Source: Candidatus Omnitrophota bacterium
GTDB taxonomy: Bacteria; Omnitrophota; Gorgyraeia; Aquiviventales; Aquiviventaceae
Length of the DNA stretch: 64,000 nt
Assembly: GCA_016180575.1 (NCBI GenBank)
Contig: JACPAY010000008.1
Span: 14,234 to 78,233, forward strand
Reading direction: 5' to 3'
Below, in pieces: positions 19,463 to 28,881 of the stretch. The notes under the pieces are model-generated. The model was not told the DNA's origin and did not search any database. It was given only the letters and a program-made list of their open reading frames with translations. Numbering within the stretch: position 1 is the stretch's first letter; the number at the start of each line of letters is the position of its first letter. The position numbers were made by a program, and so were the translations under genes.

Positions 19463-20223
19463 CCTCCATGCTCGACGAGCGCCGGCTTCGGCGATGGATG
19501 GGCGAGGTCCGCGACGGCCGCCTGGCGCCCCGCGTCGTGGTGGAGACGCTTCGCCGCCTTCCGTTTGAGGACCTGGGTTTCGCGCGGCTGGACACCCATC
19601 GGCGGCTCCGCCGCGGGCTGCCCGAGGTCGTGCTGGGAGAGGGCAAGACTTCGGCGCAGCTCATCCGGATCGCCCGCCGGATGAGCGCCGCCGGTGAGTC
19701 GGTGCTGGTGACGCGGCTGGATCCCCACGTCTTCCAGGCCGTGCGCCGCGCCCTCCCGTTCCTGCGCTACGACCCCGTGGCGCGGCTCGCCTATCGGCCC
19801 GTCGGGTCCCGGCGGCGCCTGCGCGGGTTCGTCCCGGTGATGACCGGCGGAACGTCGGATGTGCCCGTCGCGGAGGAGGCGGCCCTGACGCTGGAGCTGC
19901 TGGGCAGCCGGACCGCGCGGGTCTACGACGTCGGCGTCGCCGGCGTGCACCGCCTGCTCGCCCAATGGCGGCTGCTGCGGCGCGCGCGCGCCATCGTCGT
20001 GGTGGCCGGGATGGAGGGGGCGCTGGCCAGCGTGGTGGCCGGGCTCGTGCCCTGTCCGGTGATCGCCGCGCCCACGAGCGTCGGGTACGGCGCAAGCTTC
20101 CAGGGCCTGGCGCCGCTCCTCACCATGCTGAACAGCTGCGTGCCGGGGATCGGGGTGGTGAACATCGATAACGGCTTCGGGGCGGCGTATCTCGCCCACC
20201 TCATCAATGCGGGGTACACATGA
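19459..20223 (+). CDS. larB: Nickel-pincer cofactor biosynthesis protein LarB (PurE-like AIR carboxylase family)
   Basis: ORF 19459..20223. LGFARLDTHRRLRRGLPEVVLGEGKT, VMTGGTSDVPVAEEAA, VVAGMEGALASVVAG, GYGA. ATGA-type overlap upstream. Confidence 0.85.
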   Translation: MTSMLDERRLRRWMGEVRDGRLAPRVVVETLRRLPFEDLGFARLDTHRRLRRGLPEVVLGEGKTSAQLIRIARRMSAAGESVLVTRLDPHVFQAVRRALPFLRYDPVARLAYRPVGSRRRLRGFVPVMTGGTSDVPVAEEAALTLELLGSRTARVYDVGVAGVHRLLAQWRLLRRARAIVVVAGMEGALASVVAGLVPCPVIAAPTSVGYGASFQGLAPLLTMLNSCVPGIGVVNIDNGFGAAYLAHLINAGYT

Positions 20224-20313
20224 GGAGTCCGGTTCCCTCTTTCCCATCGGAACACTCGAGGAAACAGGGAACCGGACCCGGGACCATAGGAAAATGGGAC
20301 GTGGTCCCGGGAC
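20217..20313 (-). repeat. Family-1 hairpin repeat, copy b (reverse) plus an adjoining half copy
   Basis: CACATGAGGAGTCCGGTTCCC...GGGAACCGGACCCGGGAC (20217-20284) is about 90% identical to the reverse complement of copy c. GGAAAATGGGACGTGGTCCCGGGAC (to 20313) is a second right arm. The larB TGA lies inside the element end. Confidence 0.8.
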
Positions 20314-20657
20314 AGTCGTTCCAGGGAATCCGGCTGCGGGCGGGGGCCGTGCGTCTGAAGCCGGGAGGGGCGATGGAGTGGCATTCCACCCGGTCGCGCG
20401 AGGAGCTGCTGGTGCTGCTCGCCGGCCAGGTCGGCCTTGAGACGGAGGGTTCCCGTCATCGTCCCTCGACTCGCGTTGCTCGCTCGGGACGACCCCGAGC
20501 AAGGGCCCTTCGGCCAAGGCCGGGGCCCGCGTCGAGGGGTCGCGTCCGGCGCGTGGCGCTGCGGGCCGGGCAGTGCGCGTGGATTCCCCCGCGCACGGTG
20601 CATCGCGTCGTCAACCGCTCCGCGGCCAGCGCGTGGTACCTCTACGTCACCGCATGA
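20220..20657 (+). CDS. Cupin-domain protein with a ~35-aa Arg/Pro-rich insertion between the two cupin motifs
   Basis: ORF 20220..20657. Motif-1-like [22 protein letters not shown] and motif 2 [17 protein letters not shown]. The start is uncertain: the ATG at 20220 is inside a repeat, and GTG at 20301 is the alternative. Confidence 0.6.
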   Translation: MRSPVPSFPSEHSRKQGTGPGTIGKWDVVPGQSFQGIRLRAGAVRLKPGGAMEWHSTRSREELLVLLAGQVGLETEGSRHRPSTRVARSGRPRARALRPRPGPASRGRVRRVALRAGQCAWIPPRTVHRVVNRSAASAWYLYVTA

Positions 20658-22413
20658 TCCCCTTGCGCCAAGAGACCGTCGCTTCCCGGGTGCGTGAGCT
20701 GGGCATCGCCACGACCCGGCAGCTCGAGCAGGCGAAGCAGGAGCTCTCGGCCACGCAGGAGCGCTTCAGCGTGATCCTCGCCCGACAGGGGCTGCTCCGC
20801 GATCCCGACGCCGGCAAGCGGCTCGCCACCCAACTGGGATCCGTCCCGCAGCGCCTGGACGCCGCCCCCGGCTCGTGCCCCAAGGCCGATCAGGTGCCTG
20901 CCGCGATGTGGCAGGCTCATCGGCTGGTCCCCCTGCGAGAGCACGATGGCAAGCTGCTGCTCGCCACCGATGATCCGTTCGCCGTGTTCGCCCTCGAGTT
21001 CCTGGGGGCGCGGTGCGGATGCGAATTGGAAGCGGTCCTGATCCGGGAAGGGGAGCTCGCCCCGCTGTTGGAGGCGACGCCGACTGCTCCGTCCGCTCCC
21101 GCCGCCCCCTCCACGCCTGCGATCGCACCTGCTCCGCCCAAGAGCCCGCCGCCCGCACGCAAGACCGCCGCCCCCCCTGAGATGTCTGCCCGTCCGGCGC
21201 CCGCCAAGGCTGCGCCCGCCCCGCCGTCGGCGGGGCCGGTGAGCGGAGCGGCGGCCGGCGATGAGCCGATCATCCGCCTCGTGGACTCCATGATGGCCGA
21301 GGCGGTCCGGATGCGGGCGAGCGACATCCATATCGAGCCGGCCAAGGACGGCGTGCGGGTGCGGTACCGGATCGACGGGGTGCTGCACGACGTCAACAGC
21401 CCTCCGAAAGCGCTGCAGGGGCCGATCGTCAGCCGGATCAAGATCATGGGCGGGCTGAACATCGCGGAGAAGCGCCTCCCGCAGGACGGGCGGCTGCAGC
21501 TGGCTGTGGAGAATCGTCCCTTGGATGTCCGCATCTCCACGCTCCCGGCCATGCACGGCGAATCCGTCGTCATGCGGCTGCTCGACCGCAGCCAGCCCAT
21601 CCGCGGCCTCCAGGAGATGGGGATGCTGCCCCAGGACCAGCAGATCTGGGATGAGCTCATCCATCGCCCGCACGGGATGGTGCTGGTCACCGGCCCCACC
21701 GGGTCGGGGAAGACGACCACCCTCTACGGCGCGCTGGCGACGCTGAACCAGCCGGACCGGAAGCTCATCACCGTGGAGGACCCGGTGGAGTACCAGCTGT
21801 CGGGCGTCAACCAGGTCCTGGTCCGGTCGTCGATCGGGCTGACCTTCGCCGCCGGCCTGCGGTCCATGCTGCGCCAGGCCCCCGACATCATCATGGTGGG
21901 AGAGATCCGCGACCAGGAGACCGCCCAGATCGCGGTCCAGGCGGCGCTGACCGGGCACCTGGTCTTCTCGACGCTGCACACCAACGACGCCCCCTCCGCC
22001 ATCACCCGGCTGATCGACATGGGGATCGCCCCCTTCCTGGTCGCCTCGACGGTGCAGGGGATCCTGGCCCAGCGCCTGGTGCGGCGCGTCTGCCCGGCGT
22101 GCCGGATCACCGATAACGCGACGGCGGAGGAGCAGGCGTTCCTCGGCGAGCCTGCGGTCGCCCAGGTCATCCGCTCAAACGGCTGCGACAAGTGCCGGGG
22201 CTGCGGGTTCCTCGGCCGCGTCGGGGTCTTCGAGCTGCTGCGCATCACCGAGCCGGTCCGCCAGCTCATCATCACCAAGGCCTCCGCCTCCCTGATCCGC
22301 GCCGCGGCCGTCCGGGAGGGGATGCGCGGGCTCCGGGAGGACGGCGTCATGAAGATCCGGGAGGGGTTGACCACCATGTCCGAGGTGCTGCGCCTGGTGA
22401 CCGAGGCCGAAGA

Positions 22414-22417
<4 letters not shown>
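20654..22417 (+). CDS. gspE: Type II secretion / type IV pilus assembly ATPase (GspE/PilB family) with N-terminal T2SSE_N domain and Pro/Ala linker
   Basis: ORF 20573..22417; ATG at 20654 makes an ATGA overlap with the cupin stop. Walker A is GPTGSGKTT, plus Asp/His boxes, Walker B (IIMVGEIRD) and a tetracysteine CPAC...CDKCRGCG. Confidence 0.9.
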
Positions 22418-23691
<1,274 letters not shown>

Positions 23692-23702
23692 GCACAACGG
23701 TC

Positions 23703-23769
23703 GAGACAGGAGACAGGGGACAGGGGACCGTCCGGCGGGGCATGTCTCATGTCTCATGTCTCATGTCTC
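23703..23769 (+). repeat. Heptad-repeat-armed hairpin embedding the gspG start codon
   Basis: (GAGACAG GAGACAG GGGACAG GGGAC) at 23703-23728, a 13-nt spacer, then (ATGTCTC)x4 at 23742-23769. The arms are complementary heptad by heptad, with G.U wobbles that pair only in + sense RNA. Confidence 0.85.
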
Positions 23770-24208
23770 AAAAGGAGGCTTTACTCTCGTAGAGCTCTTG
23801 GTGGTGATCGCGATCCTCGGGATCCTCATCAGCCTCGTCACCGCAGGGGCGCAGGCCGCGCGGCGGCGCGGCGCCGTGACGAAGGCGAAGACGACTGTCT
23901 CGGCCCTCGAGACGGCCATCGCGATGTACGAGAGCGACATGGGCGAGTATCCGGCGAGCGGGAACGAGACGCTGGTGGCAGCGCTCCAGGACGATCCGGA
24001 CGACGTCGACTGGGGCGGCCCGTACATGGAGTTCAAGCAGGATGAGCTGGAAGGCGGCGCGCTGCTGGACCCGTGGGGGAACCCCTACGAATATGTCTCG
24101 GTCAACGGCGGCTCCCCGAAGCATCGGGAGCGCTCCTACGACCTCTACTCGCTCGGTCCGAACGAGCAGGACGAGGATGGAGCCGGCGACGACATCTACA
24201 ATTGGTGA
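23756..24208 (+). CDS. gspG: Type II secretion major pseudopilin GspG-like
   Basis: In-frame ATG at 23756 within ORF 23684..24208. Leader MSHVSKGG then FTLVELLVVIAILGIL (prepilin cleavage/methylation motif). GspG-like C-terminus YDLYSLGPNEQDEDGAGDDIYNW. Confidence 0.88.
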   Translation: MSHVSKGGFTLVELLVVIAILGILISLVTAGAQAARRRGAVTKAKTTVSALETAIAMYESDMGEYPASGNETLVAALQDDPDDVDWGGPYMEFKQDELEGGALLDPWGNPYEYVSVNGGSPKHRERSYDLYSLGPNEQDEDGAGDDIYNW

Positions 24209-24218
24209 GCTGACGGCA

Positions 24219-24292
24219 GGGACAAGAGACAGGGGACAGGGGACAGGGGACCGTCCGGCGGGACCCGTCTCATGTCTCATGTCTCATGTCTC
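24219..24292 (+). repeat. Second heptad-repeat-armed hairpin embedding the next pseudopilin start codon
   Basis: GGGACAA GAGACAG (GGGACAG)x2 GGGACC at 24219-24251, the same spacer core CGTCCGGCGGG, then GTCTC(ATGTCTC)x3 at 24267-24292. Confidence 0.85.
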
Positions 24293-24749
24293 AAGACGCT
24301 CGTCTTCCGGCGGGATGACGCTGGTCGAGCTGCTGGTCGTCCTGGGCGTCATCGGCATCATTCTGGCGATCAGCGTGCCGGGCATGGCGGGCTACGCCAG
24401 GCAGCTGCGCCTCAAGACGGCGACCCGGCAAACCGTCGGGCTGCTCTCGCTCGCCCGCAGCCTCGCGATCAGCTCGCGGACGGACCACACGGTGGTCGTG
24501 AACCCGGAGCAGGGGGTGATCCAGATTGTCAACGAGGCCACGGGGGACACGCTCGAGCAGACGGTGCGGCTGCCCTCGTCCGTGACGGTCGAGCTGGAGT
24601 CCGGCGGAGAGCCATCGCAGGAGTTGAGCCTCACGTTCCGTCCCAGCGGCGCCTTGACGGGCCGGACGGTCTTGCTGCGCCTGGCCGATCGGGATAGACA
24701 CCACGCCGTTCAGGTGACAGGCGCCACCGGCGCCGTCAGCGTCCAATGA
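24279..24749 (+). CDS. Minor pseudopilin, GspH/FimT-like
   Basis: In-frame ATG at 24279 within ORF 24042..24749. Leader MSHVSRRSSSGG then MTLVELLVVLGVIGIILAISVPG, followed by a GspH/FimT-like beta region. Confidence 0.8.
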   Translation: MSHVSRRSSSGGMTLVELLVVLGVIGIILAISVPGMAGYARQLRLKTATRQTVGLLSLARSLAISSRTDHTVVVNPEQGVIQIVNEATGDTLEQTVRLPSSVTVELESGGEPSQELSLTFRPSGALTGRTVLLRLADRDRHHAVQVTGATGAVSVQ

Positions 24750-24752
24750 CGC

Positions 24753-24781
24753 TTGACGAAGGCGGAAAATCATGCTACAGT
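24753..24781 (+). promoter_or_regulatory. Putative sigma70-type promoter (TTGACG, 17 nt, TGcTACAGT)
   Basis: TTGACG at 24753-24758 and TG-n-TACAGT ending at 24781, about 15 nt upstream of the ATG at 24797. Confidence 0.4.
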
Positions 24782-24796
24782 CCTCTCGGATTGCCT

Positions 24797-25375
24797 ATGG
24801 GTAGCTTCCGGCGCCCGGTCCTCGACGGGCTGACCTTCCTCGCGGTTATTCTCATTCCCGTGACGGTCGCTCTTTCCAACACCCTGCGCGAAGAAGCCGT
24901 GAGCTATCGGACCCAGGGCTATGAGGCCCAACGGCGGGGCGATGCCGCCACCGCGTTGACGTACTACCAGAAGGCGGCCGCGCTCGACCCCTCCTACCCG
25001 ACGCCGCACAACGACATCGGCATCGTGCTGGAGGAGCAGGGGCGGTTGAGCGAAGCCGAAGCGTCCTATCAGCGGGCGCTCGCGCTGAACCCCAACTACC
25101 TCGAAGCCCATGCGAATCTGGCCATGCTGTACGAACGGATGGGCGAGCGGGAGAAAGCGATTTCCCACTGGCGGACGCGCTATGAGCTGGGGGAGGGCGA
25201 CGACCCCTGGACCGCTCGTGCCGAGGAGCGGCTCGTGGCCCTCGGCGTCCTCAGCGCGCGCGCCGGCCTGAAAGGCACCGAGCGCCGGCGGCTCACGGAT
25301 GACGCGTTCCGCGCGCACGCGCAATCGATCAAGGACTTTCGCTCGCTCACGGAAACGCATGGCAACTGGCCGTAG
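24797..25375 (+). CDS. TPR-repeat protein with N-terminal membrane/signal segment (PilF/PilW-like role possible)
   Basis: ORF 24746..25375. The ATG at 24797 (MGSFRRPVLDGLTFLAVILIPV) fits the upstream promoter-like site. TPR units: ALTYYQKAAALDPSYP, AEASYQRALALNPNYLEAHANLAMLYERMG. Confidence 0.7.
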   Translation: MGSFRRPVLDGLTFLAVILIPVTVALSNTLREEAVSYRTQGYEAQRRGDAATALTYYQKAAALDPSYPTPHNDIGIVLEEQGRLSEAEASYQRALALNPNYLEAHANLAMLYERMGEREKAISHWRTRYELGEGDDPWTARAEERLVALGVLSARAGLKGTERRRLTDDAFRAHAQSIKDFRSLTETHGNWP

Positions 25376-25459
25376 CGCGCCGGCCGCCCACACCCCGATA
25401 CATCCATCATCACCCCGTTGATCTAGCCCAATCATCCGGTTCCTCGCCACACATTCACA

Positions 25460-28144
25460 ATGGGAGCGCCACGAGCGTTTTTGATCGATGGCACCGCGTT
25501 CTGCTACCGCGCCTTCCACGCGATCCGGGGCTTGAGCACCGCGGACGGGCGGCCGACCAACGCCGTGTACGGCTTTATCCGGATGCTCGACTCGCTCCGC
25601 GAGAAGGAGCGGCCGGACTTCCTGGCCGTCGCCTTCGACGTGGGCAAGCCCACGTTCCGGCATCAGCGGTTTGAGGCCTACAAGGTCCAGCGCAAGCCCA
25701 TGCCGGACCCGCTCATCGCGCAGCTCCCGCTGGTCAAGCGGCTGCTCGAGGCCTCCCGCGTGCCCGTCTTCGAGCGGGAGGGGTACGAGGCCGAGGACGT
25801 CCTGGGCACGATCGCCCGGCGGATCGTCGGCCAGGGGGTGGAGGTGTTCCTGGTAACCGGTGACAAGGATGCGCTTCAGCTCGTCAACAGCCACATCAAG
25901 GTCTACAACCCGCACCGGGAGGAGGCGGCGGTCCTCGACGCCGACGCCGTCCAGGCGCGCTATGGCGTCGGGCCGGAGCGCCTCGTGGACCTGATGGCGC
26001 TGATGGGCGATGCGACCGACAACATCCCCAGCGTCCCCGGCATCGGGGAGAAAACGGCCTCCGGCCTGCTCCAGCGGTTCGGCACCCTCGACGCGCTCTA
26101 CGAGCATCTCGACGAGCTGGAGAGCCCCGCCCGCCGGGCCAGCCTCGCCGCGTCGCGGGACCAGGTGGCGCTCTCGCGGGAGCTGGCCCGGATCGACACG
26201 GAGGTCCCGCTGGACGTCCGGCTCGATGACCTGCGGCCCCGGGAGCCCGATTGGCCGCGCCTTCGCGCCCTCTTGCGGGAGCTGGAGTTCAAGCAGCTGC
26301 TCCAGGCGCTCGATGCCCGCGCCCCAGCCCCTGCCGGGCCCGCAACCGCGGTGCGGGGCCTGACCACGCCCCAGGAGGTCGAGGCATGCCTGCAGCGCCT
26401 TGGCGCCGCCCCGGAGGCGGGGGTCTTTTGCCAGCCGGTTCCGGACGGCATCCTCCTTGCCATGGCCTGCGAGGAGCGCGCCGCGTGGGTGACGGCGCTC
26501 GACCGGGAAACGCTCACTGCTGACACAGGACGTCGGCTCTGCGACTGGCTGGCCGACCCGCGCGCGCCCAAAGTGGCCCATGACGCGAAGGCAATCATGC
26601 GGCTGCTCGCCCGGTTCGGGATCGAGCTGGACGGCATCACGGGCGACCCCATGCTCGCCGCCTACCTCCTGAACCCCGCCCGGACGAACCAGGAGCTGAG
26701 CGACCTCTCGGCGGAGTGGTGTGATGAGCCGCTCGGGGCGCTGCCGAAGCGGCAGGAGCCCTCCGCGTCTCTGGCGCCTGGCCTGTCTGCCGTGCCGAGC
26801 ACGGCACAGGCAGGCGCGGCGGAGCCGTGGGCGCCCGTTGCGCAGCGGGCCTGCGCCATCGTCCGCCTGCACAGGCGGCTGCTCGCGAAGCTCCGCGAAA
26901 ACGGCCTGGAGCCGCTGTACGCGGACCTCGAGCTGCCGCTGCTCCACGTGCTGGCCCGGATGGAGGCCGCGGGGGTGGCGGTGGACCTCAGGCACCTCGC
27001 CGGGCTGAGCGCCTCGATGCAGGCGCAGATGAGTCAGCTCACCACGGAGATCTACCGGCTGGCCGGGACCGAATTCAACCTCAATTCGCCGCGGCAGCTG
27101 GCCCAGGTGCTGTTTGAGCGGCTTGCGCTTCCCGTCGTGAAGCGCACGAAGACGGGCCCCTCCACCGACAGCGACGTGCTGGCCAAGCTGGCCGCCCAGC
27201 ATCCCTTGCCCCAGCAGCTCATCCAGTACCGCGAGCTCTCGAAGCTTGTCTCCACGTATGTGGAGGCGCTGCCCAAGCTCGTGGACCCCGCCACGGGGCG
27301 GCTCCACACCACGTTCAACCAAACCGCCACGGCCACCGGGCGGCTCTCCTCAAGCGACCCCAACCTCCAAAACATCCCGGTCAAGACGGAGCTCGGGCGC
27401 TCGATCCGCAAGGCGTTCATCGCCGGCCTCCCGGACGGGGTGCTGCTCGCCGCCGACTATACCCAGGTTGAGCTGCGCATCCTGGCGCACCTCTCGGGGG
27501 ATGAGCAGCTCGTGGAGGCGTTCCGGAAGGGCCACGACATCCATCGGGTCACCGCCTCGCTCATCTACGGCCTGCCAGAGGAGGCCATCCAGCCGGCGCA
27601 GCGCAACGCGATGAAGGCGGTGAACTTCGGCATCCTCTACGGGATGTCCGCGCGCGGGCTCTCGCAGGAGCTGGGCATCCCGCTCGAGGAGGCCCAGGCG
27701 TTCATCGAGGCCTACTTCCAGCGGTATCCCAAGGTGCGGGCGTACCTGGACAGCCAGATCGAGCGGGCGCGGCGCGACGGCTTCGTCCAGACGCTGCTCG
27801 GCCGGCGCCGGTACATCCCGGAGGTCAACAGCCCCGATGGCATGACCCGGCAGTTCGGCGAGCGGATGGCCATCAATGCCCCGATCCAAGGGACGGCGGC
27901 GGACCTCATCAAGCGGGCGATGGTCCAGCTCGATGAGCGGCTGGCTCGTGAGCGGATGAGCAGCCGCATGGTCCTGCAGGTCCACGACGAGCTGGTCCTT
28001 GAGACCCCGCGCGGGGAGCTGGAGCGGCTCTCCCGCCTCGTGCGGGACACGATGGAAGGCGCCATCGCGCTGGATGTCCCGCTCACGGTCACGCTGAAGG
28101 CCGGCCCCAACTGGCTGGAGCTGTCGGAACTGCCAGGCGCGTAA
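25460..28144 (+). CDS. polA: DNA polymerase I
   Basis: ORF 25460..28144, 894 aa. Has a 5' nuclease domain (LIDGTAFCYRAFHA, GDKDALQL), a 3'-5' exonuclease-like middle and pol motifs (DYTQVELRILAH, RNAMKAVNFGILYG, QVHDELV). Confidence 0.96.
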   Translation: MGAPRAFLIDGTAFCYRAFHAIRGLSTADGRPTNAVYGFIRMLDSLREKERPDFLAVAFDVGKPTFRHQRFEAYKVQRKPMPDPLIAQLPLVKRLLEASRVPVFEREGYEAEDVLGTIARRIVGQGVEVFLVTGDKDALQLVNSHIKVYNPHREEAAVLDADAVQARYGVGPERLVDLMALMGDATDNIPSVPGIGEKTASGLLQRFGTLDALYEHLDELESPARRASLAASRDQVALSRELARIDTEVPLDVRLDDLRPREPDWPRLRALLRELEFKQLLQALDARAPAPAGPATAVRGLTTPQEVEACLQRLGAAPEAGVFCQPVPDGILLAMACEERAAWVTALDRETLTADTGRRLCDWLADPRAPKVAHDAKAIMRLLARFGIELDGITGDPMLAAYLLNPARTNQELSDLSAEWCDEPLGALPKRQEPSASLAPGLSAVPSTAQAGAAEPWAPVAQRACAIVRLHRRLLAKLRENGLEPLYADLELPLLHVLARMEAAGVAVDLRHLAGLSASMQAQMSQLTTEIYRLAGTEFNLNSPRQLAQVLFERLALPVVKRTKTGPSTDSDVLAKLAAQHPLPQQLIQYRELSKLVSTYVEALPKLVDPATGRLHTTFNQTATATGRLSSSDPNLQNIPVKTELGRSIRKAFIAGLPDGVLLAADYTQVELRILAHLSGDEQLVEAFRKGHDIHRVTASLIYGLPEEAIQPAQRNAMKAVNFGILYGMSARGLSQELGIPLEEAQAFIEAYFQRYPKVRAYLDSQIERARRDGFVQTLLGRRRYIPEVNSPDGMTRQFGERMAINAPIQGTAADLIKRAMVQLDERLARERMSSRMVLQVHDELVLETPRGELERLSRLVRDTMEGAIALDVPLTVTLKAGPNWLELSELPGA

Positions 28145-28219
28145 TGTGTAAAGCGTAATGCGTAATGTGACGGAACCTCCTGCGCCGCAGTTGCATTACG
28201 CCTTACGCATTACGCATTG
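28142..28219 (+). repeat. Heptad-repeat-armed hairpin (GCGTAAT-type) between polA and coaE
   Basis: Left arm 28142-28170 (units of GTAATGC/GTAAAGC) and right arm 28191-28219 (GCATTAC GCCTTAC GCATTAC GCATTGA). About 29 bp paired with 2 mismatches and 4 G.U pairs in + sense, and a 20-nt loop. The polA TAA is at the stem base. Confidence 0.8.
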
Positions 28220-28242
28220 AACAAGACTGGCATTGTTTAGGG

Positions 28243-28881
28243 ATGGTGGTGATCGGCGTCACGGGCGGGGTCGGCACCGGCAAGAGCACCGTCGCCCGGA
28301 TGTTCCAGCGGCTCGGCGCGGTGGTGCTGGACGCGGACGCGCTCGCCCATGAGGCAATGGAGCCGAACCGCCCGGCCTGGCGGCGCATCGTGCGGGCGTT
28401 CGGGAAAGGGATCCTCAACCCGGATCAGACGATCAACCGCAGGCGCCTGGCGCAGCGGGTGTTCCGGGATGCAGAGGCCCGCAGGCGCCTGGAGCGGATC
28501 ATCCATCCGCAGGTGCTGCGGGAGATCCGGCTGCGCATCGGCCGGCTGCGGCGCGCGCGACGCACGCGCGCGGTCGCGCTGGACGTCCCGCTCCTGATCG
28601 AATCGGGTGCTGCGCGGATGGCGGATGCGCTGGTGGTGGTGACGGCACCGCCTGAGGTCCAGCGCCGGCGGGCGCAGCGCCGGCATGGGTGGTCAGCGGA
28701 GGAGACCAAGCGACGGATTCGGGCGCAGTGGGATCTGGCGGCCAAGGCGGCCTTGGCCGATTACGTGGTCGATAATTCGGACGGCGTGGATGCCACGCGA
28801 ACACAGGTGAGACGGATATGGAAACAACTGGTGCCGCACCGCAGCAGCAACAGCAGGCCAAGCTCGACATCGCCGCGCTGA
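28243..28881 (+). CDS. coaE: Dephospho-CoA kinase
   Basis: ORF 28243..28881. [22 protein letters not shown]-loop; DADALAHE. The 3' end overlaps the rho start by 64 nt. Confidence 0.9.
   Translation: MVVIGVTGGVGTGKSTVARMFQRLGAVVLDADALAHEAMEPNRPAWRRIVRAFGKGILNPDQTINRRRLAQRVFRDAEARRRLERIIHPQVLREIRLRIGRLRRARRTRAVALDVPLLIESGAARMADALVVVTAPPEVQRRRAQRRHGWSAEETKRRIRAQWDLAAKAALADYVVDNSDGVDATRTQVRRIWKQLVPHRSSNSRPSSTSPR

Noticed and set aside
23742-23769. Phase variation of pilin expression by gain or loss of ATGTCTC heptads.
   Set aside because: Because the frame is fixed from the 3' side, the penultimate ATG stays in frame whatever the copy number. Slippage would change stem length, not reading frame. 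Kept only as a tuning possibility inside the hairpin finding.
23770-23778. Perfect Shine-Dalgarno-like AAAGGAGG just inside gspG, hinting at a downstream start.
   Set aside because: It encodes the K-G-G immediately before the prepilin cleavage site. Any start downstream of it would delete the essential FTLVELL N-terminus.
25451-25457. TTCACAA half-site of the Rex operator just upstream of polA.
   Set aside because: No TTGTGAA partner lies at the required 4-nt spacing. A single heptamer is expected by chance.
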